Shown here: piece by piece, positions 48,244-56,348 of the stretch
Numbering within the stretch: the stretch's first letter is position 1
How the letters are laid out: each line of letters starts with the position of its first letter
Program-made: the position numbers and the translations under genes
Notes under the pieces: model-generated
The model's input: the letters and a program-made list of their open reading frames with translations, nothing else
Databases searched by the model: none
What the model was told of the DNA's origin: nothing
Assembly (NCBI GenBank): GCA_036261775.1
Contig: DATAKF010000499.1
Span: 8,524-72,523 of the forward strand
Source: Polyangiaceae bacterium
GTDB lineage: Bacteria; Myxococcota_A; Polyangia; Polyangiales; Polyangiaceae
Direction of reading: 5' to 3'
DNA: 64,000 nt

Positions 48244-49395
48244 CTAAGCGGCTGCGCGACGGCGCTTCAAGAGCAGCAGCGCAAACCCGCCGAGCATGAG
48301 CGCGCCGCCAGTCTTGGTGTCGCCGGCGCCCGGCGAGCTCACGGCGCAACCCGAGTCGTCGCTGCTGGTATCCGCGAGGCTGGGGTCACCAAAGGTGCTG
48401 CCAGCAACGTTCGAGTTGCCCGCAGTAGCGCCACCGCTGCTGCTGGGCGCGCCGGCTGCGCCGCCGCTGTTCGACCCGGCCGTTGCGCTGGCGCCCGCCG
48501 CGCCACCCGCCGCCTGGCCCGCGCTGCTGCCGCCGTTACCGCTGCCGCCCACTCCGCCGCCGGCACCCGCGCTTCCGGCTGCGCCGCCCATGCCTCCAGC
48601 GCCACCGGCTGCCGAGGGCCTTTTGTTCTCGAACAGCCAGTCGATCACCGCTTCGTTGGCGTAGGTCGTGGTCCAAGCGTCGTGCCCGATGCCCGGATAC
48701 TCGGAGTACTGCACGGTGCTGCCGACGGCCTTCAAGGCGGCGACCATGTCGCGGCTACCCTTGACCGGCACTGTCGCGTCCGCGTCGCCGTGGAACGTCC
48801 ACAGCGGTAGCAGCTTGATCAAGTCGGCCTTGCTCGGATCGCCCGCGCCGCAAACGGGCAGCGCTGCGGCGAAGCGTGTCGGGTTGCGTATCACGGCGTC
48901 CCACGTGCCGTAGCCGCCCATGCTCAGGCCGGTGATGTATTGGCGCGCTGGATCGGTGCCAAACTCGGTCGCGACCGCGTCGGCAATCTCGAGCGCCGTG
49001 GTGAGTTGATCGCTCACCGGCACGGTCGTCGTCGAGTACGAGCCGAGCGTCCAATCGGTGTCGACCCATTGCTTACCGGCCGGGCACTGTGGGGCGATGA
49101 TGTACGCCGGGTGCTCGGCCTGGTGCGCGTCGGTCGCCCAAACGGTTGCCCCGGCGTTGGCCATCAACTGCGAGGTGTTGTTGTCCCCGCGCTCTCCCGC
49201 GCCATGGAGGAACAAGATGAGCGGATACTTGGTGCCCGCGGTGGGATTTTTCACCTTGAACAGCCGATACGGCAGCGTCAGCCCCTTCGAGCCTTGGAGG
49301 GTGCGGGCCTCGAAGCCGTTCAGATCCTGCGCGCGACCGGGCAGTGGCAGCAAACACACGCTCGCGAAGGCGATGATCGGGGCGACGGCTCGCAT
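48244..49395 (-). CDS. Secreted alpha/beta hydrolase (esterase/phospholipase-like) with MYXO-CTERM tail
   Basis: YPLILFLHGAGERG, APQCP, YITGLSMGGYG, FHGDADATV, GHDAW; DDSGCAV followed by a TM helix and KRRR. Confidence 0.85.
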   Translation of the reverse strand: MRAVAPIIAFASVCLLPLPGRAQDLNGFEARTLQGSKGLTLPYRLFKVKNPTAGTKYPLILFLHGAGERGDNNTSQLMANAGATVWATDAHQAEHPAYIIAPQCPAGKQWVDTDWTLGSYSTTTVPVSDQLTTALEIADAVATEFGTDPARQYITGLSMGGYGTWDAVIRNPTRFAAALPVCGAGDPSKADLIKLLPLWTFHGDADATVPVKGSRDMVAALKAVGSTVQYSEYPGIGHDAWTTTYANEAVIDWLFENKRPSAAGGAGGMGGAAGSAGAGGGVGGSGNGGSSAGQAAGGAAGASATAGSNSGGAAGAPSSSGGATAGNSNVAGSTFGDPSLADTSSDDSGCAVSSPGAGDTKTGGALMLGGFALLLLKRRRAAA

Positions 49396-49525
49396 GGCGG
49401 CGAGTCTATCACCGAGAACGCCGCTCTTTGTCAGCCAGCGCGTTCCGGGATTTGACGAAACGCCTCCTGCACGGCTGCAAGCTGTTTGCTGACCGGCGTC
49501 CCGCCACTAGGATGCGGCCAGCAGC

Positions 49526-50524
49526 ATGCGCAAGGCAGCCTTCTTCTACGAGTACCCAGCGAGCCACGGCGACGTCTTCGGGTCGGGGCGCCGTGAACGC
49601 ATTGCGGGTTTGGCGGACCTCTACCCGCACGTGGTCACCGGGACCAACTTTGCGGTGCATGCACCAGCGCTGGCCGACGTGCAGGTCATTTTCGCGACTT
49701 GGGGCATGCCCTGTTTGACGGACGAGCAGCTGGCGCAGCTGCCAGCGCTCGAGGCGGTCTTCTACGCGGGCGGCAACGTGAAGAGCTTCGCGCAGCCGCT
49801 GGTCGATCATCACGTGGTGCTGGTGTCGGCCTGGGCCATCAACGCGATTGCCACCATGCAGCTAGCGCTGTCGCAGGTGCTGCTCAGCTGCCGTGGTTAT
49901 TTTCGCTCGGTGCGCCGCTACGCCGAGACTCACGACCTGGCTCTCGCCAAGGCTTTTCATCGCTCGGGTGCGGCGGGCGAAACGGTGGGCCTGCTGGGCA
50001 TGGGCTGGGTGGGCCGGCGCTTGAGCGCCGAGCTGCGCATGCTGGGCTTCCGTGTTTTGGCGAGTGACCCTTTTTTGACGCCGGAGCGCGCGCAAGAGTT
50101 GGGCGTCGAGAAAGTATCGGTCGAAGAGCTGTTTCGCCGCTCGTACATCGTGAGCAATCACATCCCCGACTTGCCAGCCACCAAGCAAATCCTGGGCGCG
50201 TCGCTGTTCGAGTCGATGCGCGAAGGCGCGACGTTCATCAACACCGGTCGCGGCGCTCAAGTCGTCGAGTCGCACTTGGTGCGTGTGCTCAAGGTGCGGC
50301 CCGACTTGACCGCCTTGCTCGACGTGACGGATCCAGAGCCACCCGCAGCCAGCTCCGCTCTGTGGAACCTGCGCAACGTCGTGATGAGCCCACACATTGG
50401 CGGTAGCGTCGGGGACGAGGTCACGCGCCTGTCGGACGCGATGATCGACGAGTTCATCGCCTGGGAAGCCGGGCGGCCCCTGCAGTATCAAGTCACGCGC
50501 GAGATTTTGGAGACCATGGGCTGA
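49526..50524 (+). CDS. D-isomer-specific 2-hydroxyacid dehydrogenase
   Basis: VGLLGMGWVG, FINTGRG, LDVTDPEP, SPHIGG. Confidence 0.88.
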   Translation: MRKAAFFYEYPASHGDVFGSGRRERIAGLADLYPHVVTGTNFAVHAPALADVQVIFATWGMPCLTDEQLAQLPALEAVFYAGGNVKSFAQPLVDHHVVLVSAWAINAIATMQLALSQVLLSCRGYFRSVRRYAETHDLALAKAFHRSGAAGETVGLLGMGWVGRRLSAELRMLGFRVLASDPFLTPERAQELGVEKVSVEELFRRSYIVSNHIPDLPATKQILGASLFESMREGATFINTGRGAQVVESHLVRVLKVRPDLTALLDVTDPEPPAASSALWNLRNVVMSPHIGGSVGDEVTRLSDAMIDEFIAWEAGRPLQYQVTREILETMG

Positions 50525-50561
50525 GCGGCGGCCCCCCAATATCTGATATCTTTTCGGGCAC

Positions 50562-51395
50562 ATGACTCAAGGCGCGCCGATTCCCAAAGTCCTCTACGGC
50601 ACCGCGTGGAAGGAGGAGCGCACCGAAGGGCTCACCGCGCTGGCACTCCAGGCGGGCTTTCGCGGTATCGACACCGCGAACCAGCGCAAGCACTACTTCG
50701 AAGTCGCTGTGGGCAAGGCGGTGCAGTCGGCGATCGCGGCGGGCAACGTCACACGCGCCGAGTTGTTCTTGCAGAGCAAGTTCACGTTTCAGGGCGGCCA
50801 AGATCACCGGCTGCCGTACGACCCGGCTGCTGCGGTTGCGAGCCAGGTGCAGCAATCTTTCGAGAGCTCGCTGGAGCACTTTGCGACCGACTACCTCGAC
50901 TCGTTCGTGCTGCACGGCCCCAAGTCGCGCGGCAGCCTCACGCCGGAAGACGTCCAGGCGTGGCGCGCCATCGAAGCGCTCGCCGAATCAGGGCAGGCGC
51001 GCTTCATCGGCGTCAGCAACTTCACGCTCGAACAGCTGCGGGAGCTGCTCGGGTTGGCTCGCGTGGCGCCGCGCTTTCTGCAGAACCGCTGCTACGCCAA
51101 GCAGGGCTGGGATCGCGAGCTGCGCAAGCTGTGCGTGGAGCATGGCGTCATCTACCAGGGCTTCTCGCTCTTGACCGCCAATCGCGCCGAGCTCGACAGC
51201 GCGCCGTTCAAGGCGCTGTGCAAGCGCACGGGGCGCAGCAGCGCGGAGCTGGTGTTCGCCTTTGCGCGCCAAGTCGGCATGTTGCCGCTGACGGGTACTT
51301 CGAGCGCCGAGCATATGCGGCTCGATCTGGCGGCGCTCGACCAGTCGCTGGAGCCCGCCGACGTCGACCTGATCGAAAAGCTAGCCACGCCATAG
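50562..51395 (+). CDS. Aldo/keto reductase
   Basis: GFRGIDTA, LFLQSK, DYLDSFVLHGP, IGVSN. Confidence 0.88.
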   Translation: MTQGAPIPKVLYGTAWKEERTEGLTALALQAGFRGIDTANQRKHYFEVAVGKAVQSAIAAGNVTRAELFLQSKFTFQGGQDHRLPYDPAAAVASQVQQSFESSLEHFATDYLDSFVLHGPKSRGSLTPEDVQAWRAIEALAESGQARFIGVSNFTLEQLRELLGLARVAPRFLQNRCYAKQGWDRELRKLCVEHGVIYQGFSLLTANRAELDSAPFKALCKRTGRSSAELVFAFARQVGMLPLTGTSSAEHMRLDLAALDQSLEPADVDLIEKLATP

Positions 51396-51476
51396 CGCGG
51401 GTCTTGGCTGCCAAATCGCAGCCTCACCCGCAGAAACTTCCGTAGCGTCGCCGGGCAGCACCGCGCGAGCGAGAAA

Positions 51477-51681
51477 ACAGGGAGGCGGGGAGGCGGGGAG
51501 GTCCGCGAGGGCGAGAACGCATTTTTTGATTCGGAAGCCGAATCAAAAAATCATTTCCTCGGGAGCGAGCAAGGAGCGGGTTTTTCGGGTAGCGCGAGGC
51601 CGGGTCGTTTTCAGGTAGCGGGCGGTAGCGCGAACCCAAAAATCTGGGCTCGCGAACCTCCCCGCCTCCGCGCCTCCCTGT
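51477..51681. repeat. About 205-bp element with 26-bp terminal inverted repeats and an internal 14-bp hairpin
   Basis: acagggaggcggggaggcggggaggt (51477-51502) versus acctccccgcctccgcgcctccctgt (51656-51681); attttttgattcgg-aag-ccgaatcaaaaaat (51521-51551). Confidence 0.8.
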
Positions 51682-51813
51682 GAATCTCGGAGGTACTCGA
51701 CATGAGCTGTCAGCACGACAGTAGCCCGAAGCACCCGTTCAGCGTGGCCTTGGGCCGACACGGCAGGTTCTGCAAGAGACCTGCGGCGTGGCAGCCCAAG
51801 CTTTGACGGACGC

Positions 51814-52857
51814 TCAGACGCGCTGATCGGTGCTGGGCTTTTCCCAGAGGTTCAGCTTGCCTTCTTTGGCGTACTTGTCGATCGACGACAGCTCGTCGGC
51901 CGTGAACTTGAGGTTCTTGAGCGCGCCCACGTTCTCGTGCAGCTGCTCGGGCGAGCTGGCGCCGATCAAGGTCGTGGTAACGCGTGGATCCTTGAGCACC
52001 CAAGCCAGCGCCATCTGCGCCAGGCTTTGGCCGCGCGCCTTGGCGATGTCGTTCAGCGCGCGCACGTTGGCTAGGTTCTCCTCGCTCAAGTGGTCCTTCT
52101 TCAAGCTGCCGCCGCCCGCGCGGTTCATGCGCGAGTCTTCCGGCACGCCCTTCAGGTACTTGTCGGTCAGCAGACCCTGCGCGAGCGGGCTGAAGGCGAT
52201 GCAGCCGACGCCTTCTTTGCCCAGCACGTCGAGCAGGCCATTTTCCGGCCAGCGGTTGAGCATGCTGTACGACGGTTGGTGGATCAAAAGCGGGATCTTC
52301 CACTCGCGCAGCAGCTTGACGGCCTCTTCGGTCTTGCCCGCCGAGTACGACGAGATGCCGACGTACAGCGCCTTGCCCTGCTGCACGGCCGTGGCCAGCG
52401 CGCCCATCGTCTCTTCCAGCGGTGTGTCGGCGTCGAAGCGGTGCGAATAGAAGATGTCCACGTAGTCTAGGCCCATGCGCTTCAAGCTCTGATCCAGGCT
52501 TGCCAGCACGTATTTGCGGTTGCCGCCGCCCTGGCCGTACGGGCCTGGCCACATATCCCAACCAGCCTTGGTCGAGATGATCAGCTCGTCGCGGTACGGC
52601 TTGAAGTCTTGCTTCAGCAGCGTGCCAAAGTTGATCTCTGCGCTGCCGTAGGGCGGGCCATAGTTGTTGGCCAGGTCGAAGTGTACGATGCCCAGGTCGA
52701 AAGCGGTGCGCAGCAGGCCGCGCTGCTTCTCGAGCGGTGTGGAATCGCCGAAGTTGTGCCAAAGCCCCAGCGAAAGTGCGGGCAGCTTCAGGCCGCTCTT
52801 GCCGCATTGGCGGAACAGCATCGTTTCGTAGCGACTGGGTGCAGCGACGTAGCTCAT
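51814..52857 (-). CDS. gpr: L-glyceraldehyde 3-phosphate reductase (YghZ/Gpr-type aldo/keto reductase)
   Basis: CGKSGLKLPALSLGLWHNFG, HFDLANNYGPPYGSAE, STKAGWDMWPGPYG. Confidence 0.9.
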   Translation of the reverse strand: MSYVAAPSRYETMLFRQCGKSGLKLPALSLGLWHNFGDSTPLEKQRGLLRTAFDLGIVHFDLANNYGPPYGSAEINFGTLLKQDFKPYRDELIISTKAGWDMWPGPYGQGGGNRKYVLASLDQSLKRMGLDYVDIFYSHRFDADTPLEETMGALATAVQQGKALYVGISSYSAGKTEEAVKLLREWKIPLLIHQPSYSMLNRWPENGLLDVLGKEGVGCIAFSPLAQGLLTDKYLKGVPEDSRMNRAGGGSLKKDHLSEENLANVRALNDIAKARGQSLAQMALAWVLKDPRVTTTLIGASSPEQLHENVGALKNLKFTADELSSIDKYAKEGKLNLWEKPSTDQRV

Positions 52858-53098
52858 GGATCGTCCTCTTTTGGCCCGCGTGTGGAGCGGGGAACAAAAC
52901 GAGTTAGCACTGCTCATGAGCGCGTCCAACACACGCAGTCAGTGCGTGCGCGGCCCGCGTAGTCTGTGCGGCTTTGCCAAGTAGTCACTTGGCAGGTCCG
53001 CCCCGTCCGGTCGCCCACTGGGATCTTTGGCCGCGAAAAGCAGTCAGCTGATCGCAACGTTGACGCACAGCGTGGTGCGTTGCATTTCGCGGAGCACC

Positions 53099-53767
53099 GT
53101 GCAGCCTCGGAAGCACAACCTACTCAGCTACGGCATGGCGCTCCTCGTGTTCGCCAGCGTGGTGATGGTCCGCTTTCGCGAGACCGGCGACTTTTTCTCG
53201 AGCTTGCCTTCGCTCACGACGAACGGGCTCTTGGGCGTCGTGATGTGGTGCTACCACTTTGGCCGTCGCAGCGCCGAGTCCGCGTGGGTGCATCGCTACA
53301 GCAAGCCCAGCGTGCCGCTCGGCGACGTTCTGATCGAGTACGTGTACTATTGGGGCTTCGCGGCTTGGATCGCGGTGAGCCTGACGCCGCACGAGCAGCA
53401 CCCGCAAAGCACTTGGCTCATCGTGCCGGGGCTTCTGCTGTTCGGCGTCGCCGAGTGGGGCAACGCGCGCGCGCACCGCATGCTGCGTGACCTCCGGCCG
53501 GAAGGCTCCAAGGCGCGGGTCATTCCGCGCGGCTTCTTGTTCGAGCGCGTGTCGTCGCCGCACTACCTGTTCGAAATCTTGTCGTGGGTAGGCTTCGCGC
53601 TGGTCGTGCAAACCTGGGCAGCGACGGCGTTCTTGGTCGTCGGTGCTGCCATCTTGGCTTCTTGGGCCAACGCGCGTCATGTCGCCTACCTCAAAGAGTT
53701 CGACGGCTTGGACGGGCGCGAAAAGTACCCGTCGTCGCGGCGCGCGCTGATTCCGGGCCTGTTTTGA
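53099..53767 (+). CDS. Steroid 5-alpha-reductase-family membrane reductase, TECR/Tsc13-like
   Basis: GGAG RBS and GTG start; HFGRRSAESAWVHRYS, YYWGFAAW, LRDLRP, IPRGFLFERVSSPHYLFEILSWVGF, YP..RRALIP. Confidence 0.85.
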   Translation: MQPRKHNLLSYGMALLVFASVVMVRFRETGDFFSSLPSLTTNGLLGVVMWCYHFGRRSAESAWVHRYSKPSVPLGDVLIEYVYYWGFAAWIAVSLTPHEQHPQSTWLIVPGLLLFGVAEWGNARAHRMLRDLRPEGSKARVIPRGFLFERVSSPHYLFEILSWVGFALVVQTWAATAFLVVGAAILASWANARHVAYLKEFDGLDGREKYPSSRRALIPGLF

Positions 53768-54163
53768 GCCGGTGGTCCTTAGTCTGTGCAAGGACCGTCG
53801 CACTGCCCGCATGCGGCGCGCCGCGAGCGCGCGTTCCCAGATCGGTGCCGTGAGTTCTCGGTGCCGTGGTGTCGCGGCCGCCGGCAGTCTCGCAAGACCT
53901 CAGCCAGCACCCCGCAGAGGCACCTGTGCGAGACCGCCGAAGTAGCCAATATCAGGAACTATTCGCTACTTTGACGCTGATTTTTCAGGGTCGGCAGCGT
54001 CGCGTCGAGCGCCTAAGAACCAATATTGGGTAATTCGCCCTCTGAAAAGGCAGGCGTGCGGGAGCACGTGGGCAGACGGGGTACGTCGCCAGCCACGGCT
54101 TCGCAGCCAGTCGCAGCGGTATGCGCGTTCGCCTGCGGGTGTGGGGCTCGCGGGGTGAAGTGC

Positions 54164-54637
54164 TCAGGGTGCGGGCGGCGGATCGCGCCTGAGGGCGTCT
54201 TCGTACGCGAGCCGAATGCGCGCGACCTCGCTGGCGTCGACTTGGATTTCGCCGGCTTTGGCGGCGCGCTCCAGATCGAACACCGACCAACCCTTGGCGT
54301 CTTTGGGCATTTGCGCGAAGCGCGGCACCATATGACCGTGAAAGTGCGGTGAGCTCTCGCCCATGGCGGCGGTGTAGATGCGCAGCGCGCCCGTGACCTC
54401 GAGCAGCACGCGCTGCAAGTGGCACCACGTTGGCCCAAAGCTTGCCACTTCGCGCGCGTCGAAGTGCGCGGGGCCCGGTACGTGCCGGCGCGCCACCAGC
54501 ATCATCCAGCCCGGCACGCCGCTGGGCGCGGAGATGGGTCGCACGTGCCACAGCTCGTTCTCGAATACGGGCTCGTCGGTGGTGGTGGCCAACTTGGTGC
54601 ACATGCCGCAGTTGGCGTCGAAGGAGGCGTGAGGCAT
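54164..54637 (-). CDS. HIT-family hydrolase
   Basis: CGMC, PGWMMLVARRH, GESSPHFHGHMVPR histidine triad. Confidence 0.8.
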   Translation of the reverse strand: MPHASFDANCGMCTKLATTTDEPVFENELWHVRPISAPSGVPGWMMLVARRHVPGPAHFDAREVASFGPTWCHLQRVLLEVTGALRIYTAAMGESSPHFHGHMVPRFAQMPKDAKGWSVFDLERAAKAGEIQVDASEVARIRLAYEDALRRDPPPAP

Positions 54638-54646
54638 GGCGCCAGA

Positions 54647-55987
54647 TTAGCGCGCTTTCTTGCCCCGCTTACCTTTGCCTTTGGCCTTACTGGCCTTGGC
54701 TTTGGCCTTTGGCTTGTGCTTGGCCTTGCTCTTACTCTGTTGCTTGCCCTTGCCCTTGCCCTTGCCCTTGCGTTTGCCCTTGCCGAGTGGGGTGTCGGTT
54801 TTGCCCGTGTCTTCCGCAACGTGCGGAGTCACTGGAGCAATCGAAGGTGGGGCGTCTTCCAGCACTTCGGAGTCGAGCCAGATCGACTTGCGGTCGCTGT
54901 TCGGAGCGTCGTCCACGGCGTCGGTCGAGGCGCTGGGCGTTGCAACCTGGGGCGGTGGCTCGCTGGGCGCCAGCGTTGCCTCGATGGCGCGATCGCGCGG
55001 GCTGGTGAAGCGCTTGAATAGCCCCGCGGCCGCGCCCCAAGCCGCCGCGAGCTTGCCCTTGCGCTCGGGAGCTTTCGCCAGAGGCTCGACCTCGCGCACC
55101 CCCGAGGTGTCGGCGCTGTGGGCGGGCCAGCTGTCACCCCGCAGGGCGGCGGCGAGCGCTTCGCGGAGCTCGCTCCCGGTTTGAAAACGCTCGTCCGGCT
55201 CTACCGCCAGCGCGCGCTTGACCCAAGCGTCTACCGACGCGGGTAGCTCGGGTCGTCGGGCCACTGCGCTGGGACGCGGACCCGTGGTGACCGCGGTCAT
55301 TTTGGCCATCAAGTCGGGCGCGTCGAACGGCAGCTGGCCAGTCAGCCAACGAAACACAATCACACCCAGCGCGAACAAGTCGGCGCGACCGTCGAGCTGC
55401 GCGGAGTTGCCGCTCCACGTCTCGGGCGCGATGTAGCTGGGCGAGCCGAGCACCATGCCGGCGGCCGTCAAAGGCGCCGCCGACTTCATGCGCGACAAAC
55501 CAAAGTCGAGCAGGCGCACGTGCGGAGTCGAGCTAGGCGTCAAGAAGACATTGGCGGGCTTGATGTCGCGGTGCACGAGCCCCATTTCGTGGGCGCGGTC
55601 CAACGTTTGCGTGAGCGGCTCCAATACGGACAGCAAGAGCTCGTTGTCGCCTCGTCGCTGTGCATTCTCCCACTCGCCGAGTTGCTGCTCCAGGTCATGC
55701 CCGTCCAACCACTCCATGACCAAGCACGGCGCGTTGCCTTCCAGCCGACACAGCTCGACCACCGTTACCGCGCAGGTGCCCTCCAACGCCACCAGTGCCT
55801 GTTGCTCGCGCAGCATGCGCTCGACACGATCCGGATCGCGCCCTGCTTCGGGCGACAACATCTTGAGCGCGACGGCGCGCCCGGTCTTGCGATCGACGCC
55901 ACGGCAGACCATGCCGTAGCCGCCCCGGCCTACGACCTCTCCCACCTCGTAGCGTTCGGCTGCAAGCCAGGGCACCTGCTGCTGCAT
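54647..55987 (-). CDS. Ser/Thr protein kinase with Lys-rich C-terminal tail
   Basis: GRGGYG, VALK, HRDIKPANV, DFG, GSPSYIAPE; C-terminal GK/AK repeats. Confidence 0.9.
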   Translation of the reverse strand: MQQQVPWLAAERYEVGEVVGRGGYGMVCRGVDRKTGRAVALKMLSPEAGRDPDRVERMLREQQALVALEGTCAVTVVELCRLEGNAPCLVMEWLDGHDLEQQLGEWENAQRRGDNELLLSVLEPLTQTLDRAHEMGLVHRDIKPANVFLTPSSTPHVRLLDFGLSRMKSAAPLTAAGMVLGSPSYIAPETWSGNSAQLDGRADLFALGVIVFRWLTGQLPFDAPDLMAKMTAVTTGPRPSAVARRPELPASVDAWVKRALAVEPDERFQTGSELREALAAALRGDSWPAHSADTSGVREVEPLAKAPERKGKLAAAWGAAAGLFKRFTSPRDRAIEATLAPSEPPPQVATPSASTDAVDDAPNSDRKSIWLDSEVLEDAPPSIAPVTPHVAEDTGKTDTPLGKGKRKGKGKGKGKQQSKSKAKHKPKAKAKASKAKGKGKRGKKAR

Positions 55988-56348
55988 TCACTGCAAGTAT
56001 AGCTAGGTCGGCGGAGTCTCACAGCGCTTCGTGAAGAGCCCAAAAGGCCCCGCGATACGCATACTGCGTAGTAGCCAAATCGCTGCTTGGACTCCTCGAC
56101 ACGGCGCAGCTGCAGGCTGGGTCGCTTTCAGAGGCCGAGGCGTTCGATCCCGCATTGGCGTCCATGCCGCCCCGGTTTCCGGCTGCATTGCCCCCAACCG
56201 AGCCAGCCAATCGCCCGCGCCGCCTGCGGTACCCGCGCCGTTGCCTCGGTTTGCCGTTACCGCGTCTCGGGATTGTTCCGCGCTGCGCGGTGACGCGCGC
56301 GCTCAGAATTCGCGGCAATCGATCGCGCTGACAGCTGGCCGGCTTCGC

